A DNA stretch of 32,050 bases from Chitinophagales bacterium. GTDB taxonomy: Bacteria; Bacteroidota; Bacteroidia; Chitinophagales; Chitinophagaceae. The position numbers and the translations under genes were made by a program. The notes under the pieces were generated by a model, which was not told where the DNA came from, searched no databases, and was given only the letters and a program-made list of their open reading frames with translations. The DNA is taken from contig CAXNMZ010000001.1 of assembly GCA_964203125.1 (NCBI GenBank), positions 1 to 32,050 on the forward strand, in the 5' to 3' direction. Below, in pieces: positions 1 to 9,258 of this stretch (positions within the stretch are counted from its first letter, which is position 1; each line of letters starts with the position of its first letter).

Positions 1-54
1 GAGGCCAAATACAGCAAATTTAACGCCCTATTAACCGGTGGAGACCTTAGTTAT

Positions 55-85
55 TTTGTACCTCACTTAAAAAGAAGGATATTTG
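55..85 (+). promoter_or_regulatory. Putative Bacteroidota housekeeping promoter for the OMP-lptC operon
   Basis: TTTG at 55-58, a 19-nt spacer, then GATATTTG at 78-85 (one mismatch to TAnnTTTG), 30 nt before the ATG at 116. Confidence 0.4.
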
Positions 86-115
86 CCGACCCAAATTTAA
101 TTTATAAAGGACTAT

Positions 116-1501
116 ATGCGATTAGTGAAAAAAATACTTAGGTTAACCCCGTTCATTGGACTTTTCTGTTTTATAGCCCCATTACAGGCTCAGATCAATT
201 CCCCATTTTCAAGATTTGGCGTAGGCAACGAAGTCTATAACAGTCAAAATGCTGCAAACCAAGGTATGGGTGGATTAACTGCTGCATATACACCCAATAT
301 GAATGGCGCTTTTGGACAAAGTATCAATTTTAACAATCCAGCTTCTTACGGAGGTATCTATATGACCACATTTGATATTGGATTGAACTTATCCAATAGT
401 ATTCTTAAAAGAACAACGCCTGCAGGAAAAGAAAAATCAACTTATTTAGTGCCTAATTATATTGTAGTAGGTGTGCCCATTAGTAAAGCAAAAAAAATTG
501 GATTTGCTTTTGGATTAAGACCATTGACACAAATTAATTATTCAGTCAACGATTTTTCTTATTCAAAAAGTATCGGCGATTCCATCTATACCAACTATAA
601 AGGCGAGGGCGGTATCAATCAAGTGTTTCTTGGATTGGGTAAAAGTTGGAAGTATTTAAGTATTGGAATGAACACAGGATATAATTTAGGCAGAAAAAAA
701 ATAGATGTTGTTAAGGCGGTATTATTCGATATAGACTCTACTAGTTTTTATCAATCCTTATCTAGTACAAATACAAGTTTTGGTGGGGTATTTTTAAATC
801 TAGGTGTACAAGGTGAATTCCCATTATCAAGTTCAACCAATTCGGTGACAAAAGATAAAACAGAATATACCCTTAGCTATGGTGGAACCTATACCCTTGA
901 TCAAAAATTAAGTGGGAAGCAAGATATTTTAAGATCCAACGGCACTTTTACATCTTCGCAAGAAACACCAGTAGATACTGCGTTATTTGAAAAAAACATT
1001 AGAGGAAAAGTAGAACTACCAAGTACCATGACAGTAGGTATTGCCTTGCATAAAAAAGTGACCACGGTAAGAGGTAACTATGATCAATGGGTGGTTGGCA
1101 TTGAATTGAATCAGTCCAATTGGAAGAATGGTTATAAATTTTATGGTGTATCAGATCAAGTGCGCAATGCCACCATGTTTCGTGTTGGAGCGCAATTATC
1201 ACCTAATCCATTTGCTTTTGAAAGTTATTGGTCTACTGTCACCTATCGATTTGGGGTATTCAGTGGTAAAGATTATATCAATTTAAATAACATTGGATTA
1301 AATGTACAAGGGCTAACAATGGGTTTAGGATTGCCTATTAGAAAGTATCGTTCTTATGATTACCAATTCACTTTATTGAACCTTGCTTTACAGATGGGTC
1401 AAAGAGGTGGAGGCGCATCTAACTTTAAAGAAAATTTTGTTCAATTTACTGTGGGATATAGCTTGAGTGACGTTTGGTTCAATAAACGTAAATATGACTA
1501 A
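116..1501 (+). CDS. Outer membrane beta-barrel protein (FadL-like, conserved upstream of lptC in Bacteroidota)
   Basis: 461 aa; signal peptide (LQAQ); N-terminal NSPFSRFGVG...MGG motif; amphipathic strands; C-terminal WFNKRKYD; overlaps lptC. Confidence 0.7.
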   Translation: MRLVKKILRLTPFIGLFCFIAPLQAQINSPFSRFGVGNEVYNSQNAANQGMGGLTAAYTPNMNGAFGQSINFNNPASYGGIYMTTFDIGLNLSNSILKRTTPAGKEKSTYLVPNYIVVGVPISKAKKIGFAFGLRPLTQINYSVNDFSYSKSIGDSIYTNYKGEGGINQVFLGLGKSWKYLSIGMNTGYNLGRKKIDVVKAVLFDIDSTSFYQSLSSTNTSFGGVFLNLGVQGEFPLSSSTNSVTKDKTEYTLSYGGTYTLDQKLSGKQDILRSNGTFTSSQETPVDTALFEKNIRGKVELPSTMTVGIALHKKVTTVRGNYDQWVVGIELNQSNWKNGYKFYGVSDQVRNATMFRVGAQLSPNPFAFESYWSTVTYRFGVFSGKDYINLNNIGLNVQGLTMGLGLPIRKYRSYDYQFTLLNLALQMGQRGGGASNFKENFVQFTVGYSLSDVWFNKRKYD

Positions 1502-2084
1502 TAGAATCCCTTATACAATATTGAAAATAGCAGTTGCTTGTTTGAGTAGCTGCTTTTTTATGACTTCATGCGAGAACGACGTAGATGCAGTAAAAGCATT
1601 AGGAGCAAGGGTTAGCGGGATAGATGTAGGAAAGGATGTGGCTATCTATATAAGTAATGATGGGAAATTAGGCGCTAAATTAACTGCGCCTTTGATGAAT
1701 CGATATTTAGTGGATAGTAGTAAAATGATAGAGTTTCCTCTTTCAATTCATGTAGATTTTTACAAGGATAGCAATCAAATAGAAAGTCAACTCTCTGCTA
1801 AATATGCAAAGTATAAGGAGGCAGAAAATATAGTCTTTTTAAAAGAGGACGTCATTATTTTCAACACCCTGGGGGATACCTTATGGTGTAAGGAAATGTA
1901 TTGGGATCAAAATACGGGTAAGTTTTATACCGAAAAGGATGTGGTGGTGAAGCAACACAACCCATTGGCCAAAATATATGGGAAAGGACTAGAAGCCAAC
2001 CAAAATTTGACAGACATTCGTATCTTTAAACCACAATCAAATAGCTACGCCATCCTTCAAGACAGCAGTAGCTTAAACCCTTAA
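1494..2084 (+). CDS. lptC: LPS export ABC transporter periplasmic protein LptC
   Basis: Lipoprotein-like signal (MTSC); motifs LTAPLM, EFP..IHVDF, GDTLWCKEMYWD, IYGKGLEANQ; ATG at 1494 preferred over GTG at 1467. Confidence 0.8.
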   Translation: MTNRIPYTILKIAVACLSSCFFMTSCENDVDAVKALGARVSGIDVGKDVAIYISNDGKLGAKLTAPLMNRYLVDSSKMIEFPLSIHVDFYKDSNQIESQLSAKYAKYKEAENIVFLKEDVIIFNTLGDTLWCKEMYWDQNTGKFYTEKDVVVKQHNPLAKIYGKGLEANQNLTDIRIFKPQSNSYAILQDSSSLNP

Positions 2085-2093
2085 ATAAACCAG

Positions 2094-3083
2094 ATGGACT
2101 ATAGAAAAATGGGTAAAACAGGGCTGCAATTAAGCACATTAAGTTTCGGAAGTTGGGTCACATTTCATAAGCAAATAGATGACCGTATTGCAGATGAATT
2201 AATGGGTATTGCTTATGATGCAGGTGTTAATTTTTTTGACAATGCAGAAGTGTATGCTGGTGGAGAAAGCGAGAAAATGATGGGCCGTGTTTTAAGTCAA
2301 AAAAAATGGGATAGAACTTCTATCGTACTTTCTTCAAAAGCTTATTTTGGATGGAGAGGAAAAGCCAATAAGCCAAACCAAACGGGGTTAAATAGAAAGC
2401 ATTTAACAGAAGCATGTCATGAAGCATTACAAAGACTACAAACAGATTACTTAGATTTATATTTTTGTCATCGTCCGGACAAAACGACCCCCATAGAAGA
2501 AGTGGTGCAAACCATGAATACCTTGATCCAACAAGGAAAAATATTATATTGGGGCACCAGCGAATGGAGTGGCGTAGAGATCATGGAAGCACATAGAATA
2601 GCAGAAAAATATAAACTGATTGGTCCTTCCATGGAACAGCCTCAGTACAATATGTTTGAGCGCAATAAAATGGAAAATGATTTTGTAGAGATCTTTAAAA
2701 ATGTAGGCATGGGCACGACTATTTGGAGCCCATTGGCTTCTGGATTGTTAACTGGAAAATACAATGATGGCATTCCAGATGGATCAAGAATGCAAATTGA
2801 AGGTTTTGAATGGTTAAGAGATAGAATGTTGATGCAAGATAAAATTGCGAAAGTGAAACAATTGGGCGCTTTAGCAAATGCTTTAAAAGTAAGTACTGCT
2901 TCATTGAGTATTGCATGGTGTATCAAAAATCCAAATGTGTCTACTGCTATTTTAGGGGCTACTAATAAGACACAATTATTAGACAATTTAACAGCACTAG
3001 AAACCGCTACCTTGCTGACGCCTGAAATCATGGAGCAGATAGAAGGAATCATTGACACTAAGCCTGTATTGCCAGAATGGTAA
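2094..3083 (+). CDS. Aldo/keto reductase (Kv-beta-like subfamily)
   Basis: YRKMGKTGLQLS, FGSWVTF, FFDNAEVY, LQTDYLDLYFCHRPD, YWGTSEWS, QPQYN, WSPLASGLLTGKY. Confidence 0.92.
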   Translation: MDYRKMGKTGLQLSTLSFGSWVTFHKQIDDRIADELMGIAYDAGVNFFDNAEVYAGGESEKMMGRVLSQKKWDRTSIVLSSKAYFGWRGKANKPNQTGLNRKHLTEACHEALQRLQTDYLDLYFCHRPDKTTPIEEVVQTMNTLIQQGKILYWGTSEWSGVEIMEAHRIAEKYKLIGPSMEQPQYNMFERNKMENDFVEIFKNVGMGTTIWSPLASGLLTGKYNDGIPDGSRMQIEGFEWLRDRMLMQDKIAKVKQLGALANALKVSTASLSIAWCIKNPNVSTAILGATNKTQLLDNLTALETATLLTPEIMEQIEGIIDTKPVLPEW

Positions 3084-3111
3084 ACAAGTATTTTTGAATT
3101 AAAAATAAACT

Positions 3112-4347
3112 ATGATTTTTGCCATCGTTGCATCTGTAATTTTAATTGGTTTTTTCTCTGGCTATGAGATTGGCTTTGTAAGTGCCAATCGCCTTAGTTT
3201 AGAATTAAAGAAAAAACAAGGCAGCAGGTCAGGTAAAATCATTGCTGGCTTTCTTGAAGCACCAACACAGTTTATTGGTACTTGTTTAATAGGACTTAAT
3301 ATTTCATTGGTTGTGTTTGGTATCTTATTTGAAGAACTATTGCATACCCATATTTGGAGTAAATTTGAATTGGGTGATGGCGCCATTTTAGTAGGAAATA
3401 CATTGGTTTCTACCTTTATTATTTTATTTATAGGGGAGCTTGTTCCAAAAGCCATGTTTAAAGCAAGGGCGGCTTCCTTAATCAATACTTTTGCGCCAGT
3501 CGCACAATTTTTCCATATTTTATTTAAACCACTCACTGTGATTTTAGTGAATACGGCGCAATGGGTTTTAAGTAATTTATTGCAAGTGAAGATGGCCTAT
3601 AAAAAAGAGGCTTTTACTAAAGTAGATTTAGCGCATTTTGTACAACAAACCAATCCACATCAGGAACAACAAGAATTGAATACAGACTTATTTGAAAATG
3701 CATTGAGCTTGCCTGATATTAAAGTGCGCAAATGTTTGGTACCGAGAACAGAAATTATTGGTGTTGATTTATTGACTCCTATATCCGAATTGAAGGCACT
3801 TTTCATTGAAACTAAATTGAGTAAACTCATTGTATACAATGATACACTAGACAATATTGTTGGGTATGTACACCAGTTGGATTTATTTAAAAAGCCTACA
3901 GAAATTAAAGCGATCCTACACCCTGTTTTATTAGTGACTGAAAGTATGAATGCAGCAGACTTAATTAATTTATTCTCTAAAAAAAGAAAAAGTATTGCAT
4001 GGGTGGTGGATGAATTTGGTGGAACTGCAGGCATTGTGACCATGGAAGATGTGTTGGAAGAAATTTTTGGCGAGATCAATGACGAATATGATGAACAAGA
4101 GTTTTTAGAAAAGAAACTTTCTGCCAACGAATACCTATTTAGTGGTAGGTTGGAATTAGACTATTTATATGAAAAATATGGTATTGACTTTGCTGCCGAC
4201 AGCGCAGAGACCTTGAGTGGTTATTTGATCCATAAACATGAGGCCATTCCTAAAGTAAGAGAAGTGATCCATTTAAGCCATTTTGATGCCGAAATTCTCT
4301 TAGTAAGCGATACCAGAATTGAGAAAGTAAAGTTGACCATTCACTAG
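3112..4347 (+). CDS. Hemolysin-family CNNM (DUF21) + CBS pair + CorC_HlyC protein
   Basis: GFFSGYE TM segment, GELVPK, VPRTEI, VVDEFGGTAGIVTMEDVLEEIFGEINDEYD. Confidence 0.9.
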   Translation: MIFAIVASVILIGFFSGYEIGFVSANRLSLELKKKQGSRSGKIIAGFLEAPTQFIGTCLIGLNISLVVFGILFEELLHTHIWSKFELGDGAILVGNTLVSTFIILFIGELVPKAMFKARAASLINTFAPVAQFFHILFKPLTVILVNTAQWVLSNLLQVKMAYKKEAFTKVDLAHFVQQTNPHQEQQELNTDLFENALSLPDIKVRKCLVPRTEIIGVDLLTPISELKALFIETKLSKLIVYNDTLDNIVGYVHQLDLFKKPTEIKAILHPVLLVTESMNAADLINLFSKKRKSIAWVVDEFGGTAGIVTMEDVLEEIFGEINDEYDEQEFLEKKLSANEYLFSGRLELDYLYEKYGIDFAADSAETLSGYLIHKHEAIPKVREVIHLSHFDAEILLVSDTRIEKVKLTIH

Positions 4348-4418
4348 CACTATTTTTAGTTTTTAGGCCCTCATTTTGCCCTAGAAGCCTTAACTTTAGG
4401 CTTCATTCTTAATAATCC

Positions 4419-5270
4419 ATGGCACTATTTGATCGTTTAAATTCAAAAGATGGTTCCGAGATGTCTTTCATCGATCATCTCGAAGTATTAAGAGGTACCA
4501 TCGTAAGGTCTGCAGCAGCAATTTTGGTCATGGCCTTAGTGATTTTTATAAAGCGTGACTGGATCATGGACAATGTCATTACAGGACCAATCCAACCCGA
4601 TTTTATTACCTATCGCTTATTTTGTGAATTCAGTCATTGGGCTGGATTAGGCAATGCATTGTGTATGCCTGCTGTAAAAGTAACCATGCAAAGCACCACA
4701 TTTGGTGGACAGTTCTTGAGCAGTATTAGCATGGCGATTGTGGGAGGTATCATCACTGCTTTCCCGTTTATTTTTTATCAGTTTTGGTCCTTCATCAAAC
4801 CAGCATTAAAAGAGCGTGAATTAAGCAATACAAGATTCATGATTTTTTGGGTCTCTTTCTTTTTCTTCTTAGGCGCAGCGTTTGGATTTTTCATACTAGG
4901 CCCATTCACTTTTAATTTCTTAGCAAGCTTCCAATTAGGCACCAAGAATGTGATCACGACCATGCCTACTTTTGCTGATTATTTAGATAATTTAACCAAC
5001 CTTATATTGGGCTGTGGCATTGCATTTGAATTACCTGTATTGGCATTTTTATTGACCAAAATTGGTATGGTCACTCCTAAGTTTTTAAGCGGAGCGCGTA
5101 AATATGCAGCTGTGGTGATTTTAATTGTCGCTGCATTCATTACACCAAGTCCAGATTGGTATAGTCAGTTATTAGTCTTTATTCCTCTATATTCCTTATT
5201 TGAATTAAGTATTATCGTGTCTAGATGGGCTTATAAATCAGTGAAGAAAGCAGAAGAAGAGTGGGAGTAA
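4419..5270 (+). CDS. tatC: Twin-arginine translocase subunit TatC
   Basis: EMSFIDHLEVLR, YQFWSFIKPAL, GIAFELP, AAFITPSPD; multiple TM helices. Confidence 0.96.
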   Translation: MALFDRLNSKDGSEMSFIDHLEVLRGTIVRSAAAILVMALVIFIKRDWIMDNVITGPIQPDFITYRLFCEFSHWAGLGNALCMPAVKVTMQSTTFGGQFLSSISMAIVGGIITAFPFIFYQFWSFIKPALKERELSNTRFMIFWVSFFFFLGAAFGFFILGPFTFNFLASFQLGTKNVITTMPTFADYLDNLTNLILGCGIAFELPVLAFLLTKIGMVTPKFLSGARKYAAVVILIVAAFITPSPDWYSQLLVFIPLYSLFELSIIVSRWAYKSVKKAEEEWE

Positions 5271-5314
5271 TAATTAATTTTTAATAAGTTAGCAACAATT
5301 TAAAATCGATTCAT

Positions 5315-5767
5315 ATGGCTTATATTTTTGATCTATCTAAACCTATTGCATTGGGTGCAGATCACGCTGGCGTAGCTTACAAACAAGAAGTAAAAGAGTG
5401 GCTCGAAAAAAAAGGTTACCAAGTCAAAGATTTTGGAACCTATTCTACTGATTCAGTGGATTACCCAGATTTTGCACATCCCACTGCAGCAAGTGTTGAA
5501 ACTGGGGAAGCCGCTTTTGGTATTTTATTTTGTGGCTCTGCAAATGGTGTCGCCATCACAGCCAATAAGCATGCAGCTATTAGAGCGGGTTTGTGCTGGT
5601 TGCCTGAAATTGCTCAGTTAACAAGATTGCACAATGATGCAAATATTATTTGTGTGCCTGCAAGATTTGTAAGTGTTGAATCAGCCATCGAAATGATCGA
5701 TGTATTTATGACAACGGCATTTGAAGGTGGACGACATCAAGGAAGAGTGGATAAGATCAGTTGCTAA
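5315..5767 (+). CDS. rpiB: Ribose 5-phosphate isomerase B
   Basis: GADHAG, VDYPDFA, CGSANG, ANKH, HNDAN, FEGGRH. Confidence 0.95.
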   Translation: MAYIFDLSKPIALGADHAGVAYKQEVKEWLEKKGYQVKDFGTYSTDSVDYPDFAHPTAASVETGEAAFGILFCGSANGVAITANKHAAIRAGLCWLPEIAQLTRLHNDANIICVPARFVSVESAIEMIDVFMTTAFEGGRHQGRVDKISC

Positions 5768-5830
5768 GAACCTAATTTCACCAAAAAATAACTACATTTA
5801 AATTAACTATTTCATTTAAAATTAACCAAC

Positions 5831-7285
5831 ATGCGTAAAATTTTCATTGTACTGCTGAGTTTGAGTATTGGATTTGTGAATGCACAAACCATCGACGCCA
5901 ACACAGCAGCTAAAACCATCACAGCAGCGGGCTTAAAAAAACACCTTAGCATCATAGCTGGCGAGGAAATGCAAGGTAGAGAAACCGGAACAGAAGGAGA
6001 AAGAAAAGCGGCTAGCTATTTAGTGAGCCAATACAAGCAAATGGATTTAACTCCAGGTAACGCTGGGTCTTACAGAATGCCATTTAGTTTGTTTCAAGAT
6101 AAAGTAACAATGTCAAGTTTAAAAGTAAACGGCACTAGCTATACTTTAGACAAAGACTTCTGGATCAGCGCAGCTGCTGCACCACAAAAATTATTTACTA
6201 GCGCAGAAGTGTTTTATGTAGGCGCTGAATTCAATGACAAGTCTACTTTGGATGTTAGAGGTAAATTATTAATTAGCTCAGAAGGCAAAGAAAGAGCCAT
6301 GAGTAAAACAATGGCAGCGCAAAAATTAGGTGCGATTGGTATCATCAATATTGCAAAAACAAATCCATCTATGCCAAGCAACTTAAGTGGCAGAATGGCT
6401 TTTGCAGCGAATGCCAATTCTTTTTTGAGCATGACTGTTTCTAAAACTGTTGGTGCTGCTTTATTGGGCGGAACAAAAGAATTCAGTGATCAAGAATGGG
6501 AAACATTGCCTATTGGTAAATATATTGCAGCGATTGAATGGTTAGCAGACAAAACAAGTGCTACTGTAGCAAGTGCCAATGTCATTGCTTATATGCCAAG
6601 CAGAGAAAAAACAGATGAGTACTTATTCATTACGAGTCACTATGACCACGAAGGTATTAAGAACGGCGTAATTTATTATGGTGCAGATGATGATGGATCA
6701 GGTACCACAGGGGTATTAGCGATTGCAGAAGCATTTGCAAAAGCAAGAAAAAAAGGATTTAGCCCAAAAAGAAATATTGTATTCATGAATGTATCGGGTG
6801 AAGAAAAAGGATTGTTAGGTTCTAAATATTATGGAGACCATCCTATTTTTCCAATGGAAAAAACCACTGCCGATTTAAATATTGATATGATTGGTCGTAT
6901 TGATCCAACTTACAAAGGAGATTCCATGAACTATGTGTATGTGATTGGTGAAGATAAATTAAGTAGTGATTTACAACCTATCACAGACAAAGTGAATAAA
7001 AACTACAATATGGAATTGGATAGAAGATTCAACGATCCTAAAGATCCAAACCGTTTTTATTACAGAAGTGACCATTATAATTTTGCTGCAAAAGGCGTAC
7101 CTGTTATTTTTTACTTCAACGGTACACACGCAGACTACCATAAACCAACAGATAGAGTGGAGAAAATCAATTTTGATTTGATGGAAAAAAGAACAAGAAT
7201 CATTTTTGAAACTGCTTGGGATATGGCAACAAGAGAAGACATGTTAAAGCGCGATATGCCTTTGAATATGCCAGCAACTAGATAG
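5831..7285 (+). CDS. M28 family metallopeptidase, secreted
   Basis: Signal peptide; SHYDH, GADDDGSG, SGEEKGLLGS, NIDMIGR, RSDH, DYHKPTD. Confidence 0.92.
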   Translation: MRKIFIVLLSLSIGFVNAQTIDANTAAKTITAAGLKKHLSIIAGEEMQGRETGTEGERKAASYLVSQYKQMDLTPGNAGSYRMPFSLFQDKVTMSSLKVNGTSYTLDKDFWISAAAAPQKLFTSAEVFYVGAEFNDKSTLDVRGKLLISSEGKERAMSKTMAAQKLGAIGIINIAKTNPSMPSNLSGRMAFAANANSFLSMTVSKTVGAALLGGTKEFSDQEWETLPIGKYIAAIEWLADKTSATVASANVIAYMPSREKTDEYLFITSHYDHEGIKNGVIYYGADDDGSGTTGVLAIAEAFAKARKKGFSPKRNIVFMNVSGEEKGLLGSKYYGDHPIFPMEKTTADLNIDMIGRIDPTYKGDSMNYVYVIGEDKLSSDLQPITDKVNKNYNMELDRRFNDPKDPNRFYYRSDHYNFAAKGVPVIFYFNGTHADYHKPTDRVEKINFDLMEKRTRIIFETAWDMATREDMLKRDMPLNMPATR

Positions 7286-7302
7286 TCTCGTACTATACAC
7301 AT

Positions 7303-7337
7303 AAAAAATGCCCCTTCATTTTGAAGGGGCATTTTTA
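7303..7337. terminator. Bidirectional intrinsic terminator
   Basis: AAAAATGCCCCTTCA-TTT-TGAAGGGGCATTTTT perfect inverted repeat between convergent genes. Confidence 0.88.
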
Positions 7338-7370
7338 TTTCTTATATATTTTTATACAATATTAGCGTTT

Positions 7371-7468
7371 GAAATAAATACTAATCCGAGCGAGAAGACG
7401 CGAATGAGCGTCTGATGGAAGCCCGTAAATTCTTCTTGCGAGCGTGAGCGAGGATTAGGTATTTTTTC
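7371..7468. repeat. Structured palindromic intergenic element (REP/MITE-like), related to the 29968-30327 cluster
   Basis: Arms GAAATAAATACTAATCC and GGATTAGGTATTTTTTC; internal hairpin AGACGC-GAATGA-GCGTCT (7396-7413); GC-rich core within AT-rich DNA. Confidence 0.6.
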
Positions 7469-7486
7469 GAACGTATTTTTATTGGA

Positions 7487-8461
7487 TTACTGTCCTAAAA
7501 TATAAGAGAATATCAATGGCACGACAATCGTGGCATCACTCTCTACAATAAACTTAGGCGTATGGATATCTAATTTACCCCAGGTAATTTTTTCGTTTGG
7601 AACTGCACCAGAATAAGATCCGTAAGAAGTTGTACTATCACTGATTTGACAGAAATAACTCCAGAAAGGCACATCATGCCATTCAAGATCTTGGTACATC
7701 ATTGGTACTACACAAATAGGGAAATCACCAGCAATACCTCCACCCACTTGGAAGAAACCTACCCCTTTACCGCCACTATTGGCACGGTACCATTCTGTTA
7801 GTTGCACCATATATTCAATACCGTTTTTAACAGTCGATGCTTTTAATTCATTTTTAATGACATAGCTAGCAAAGATATTTCCAGTCGTGCTATCCTCCCA
7901 TCCTGGTACCACAATTGGAATGTTCTTTTTCGCAGCAGCTACCACCCAGCTATCCTTAGGATCAATTTCATAATATTGTTCTAACTCTCCGCTTAAAATA
8001 ACTTGATACATAAACTCATGCGGGAAATAACGCTCCCCTTTTGCCTCCGCTTCTTTCCAGAACTTAACAATATGCTTTTGTAATCTTCTAAATGCTTCCT
8101 CTTCTGGAATACAAGTATCCGTCACACGGTTGTAATGATTTTCTAATAAATCCCACTCATCCTGTGGCGTTAAATCTCTATAGTTAGGTACACGCTTGTA
8201 ATGACTATGTGCTACCAGGTTCATCACGTCTTCTTCTAAATTGGCACCTGTACAGCTGATAATCGCAATCTTGTCTTGACGAATCATCTCGGCTAAGCTG
8301 ATACCCAATTCGGCCGTACTCATAGCACCTGCTAAACTCACTAACATCTTGCCTCCTTCTAATAAATGCGTTTCATACCCTTTAGCAGCATCTACTAAGG
8401 CAGCAGCATTAAAGTGTCGATAATGGTGCTCTATAAACTGTGAAATTGGTCCTTTGCTCAT
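7487..8461 (-). CDS. Deoxyhypusine synthase-like protein (probable homospermidine synthase)
   Basis: AGAMSTAELG, CTGANLEED, GGG, GSYSGA..NEKITWGK with the conserved catalytic Lys, ESDATIV. Confidence 0.88.
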   Translation of the reverse strand: MSKGPISQFIEHHYRHFNAAALVDAAKGYETHLLEGGKMLVSLAGAMSTAELGISLAEMIRQDKIAIISCTGANLEEDVMNLVAHSHYKRVPNYRDLTPQDEWDLLENHYNRVTDTCIPEEEAFRRLQKHIVKFWKEAEAKGERYFPHEFMYQVILSGELEQYYEIDPKDSWVVAAAKKNIPIVVPGWEDSTTGNIFASYVIKNELKASTVKNGIEYMVQLTEWYRANSGGKGVGFFQVGGGIAGDFPICVVPMMYQDLEWHDVPFWSYFCQISDSTTSYGSYSGAVPNEKITWGKLDIHTPKFIVESDATIVVPLIFSYILGQ

Positions 8462-8477
8462 GTCAATTGATTTGATG

Positions 8478-8485
8478 CAAAAGTA
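8478..8485 (-). promoter_or_regulatory. Bacteroidota -7 promoter element for the DHS-like gene
   Basis: TACTTTTG on the minus strand, 16 nt upstream of the ATG. Confidence 0.6.
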
Positions 8486-8551
8486 ATTTATTTAAGCAGA
8501 TTTGCCCAATTCATGTAAAAGGTTCCTAAGGCAAAATTTTGTACCTTGAGC

Positions 8552-9238
8552 ATGAAATTGAACGCCATGAACACTAAAAAATACGGTCCTTGGTTAGTTG
8601 CAGGAATGATTATCGCCCCATTTATTTATGGTGCCTTGATTTTTCCTCAATTACCTAGTAAAATTCCTACCCATTTTAATATTGAGGGGAAGGCAGACGC
8701 CTGGGGTGGCCCATCTAGCATTTTTTTAGGCCCAGGGATTATGGGGGCTGTGAGTATTTTTGTTTATGTGCTATTATCAAACCTAAAAAAATTCGATCCT
8801 AAAAAATACGATGAAGCCAACGATACACTTTATAAGGATTTTGCCGTTTTAACGGTTGTTTTTTTAAGTATCTTAAGTTTGATTATTATTTATTCATCCA
8901 CCCATGCAGATGAGATCAATGTAGGTCAATTGATTTTACCATTGGTTGGATTATCTTTTGCAGGACTTGGATGGTATATGCCTAAGTTTAAGCAAAATTA
9001 TTTTGTAGGATTTAAATTGCCTTGGACATTAGAAAATGTAGACAACTGGAATGAGACACATAAAGTAGCAGGAAAAATTTGGATCTATGGTGGATTGTTT
9101 CAAGTAGTTGTGACATTTTTATTACCGATGAAATTTGGTTTCATTGGTTTTATATTGGCCACCGCAGTAATGGTGATCATTCCCTCTGTCTTTTCATATC
9201 GTATGTTTAGAAACGGAAATCAAATAAAAAATATCTAA
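8552..9238 (+). CDS. SdpI family membrane protein (DUF1648 + SdpI/YhfL)
   Basis: LPSKIPTHFNIEGKADAW; NYFVGFKLPWTL...WNETHKVAG; several TM helices; start could be ATG 8552 or 8567. Confidence 0.88.
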   Translation: MKLNAMNTKKYGPWLVAGMIIAPFIYGALIFPQLPSKIPTHFNIEGKADAWGGPSSIFLGPGIMGAVSIFVYVLLSNLKKFDPKKYDEANDTLYKDFAVLTVVFLSILSLIIIYSSTHADEINVGQLILPLVGLSFAGLGWYMPKFKQNYFVGFKLPWTLENVDNWNETHKVAGKIWIYGGLFQVVVTFLLPMKFGFIGFILATAVMVIIPSVFSYRMFRNGNQIKNI

Positions 9239-9258
9239 TTAAATAATACCAATTTACA

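Noticed and set aside
7410-7435. Hammerhead ribozyme core (CTGATGG)
   Set aside because: The core needs CUGAnGA plus a correctly placed GAAA after stem II; neither is present.
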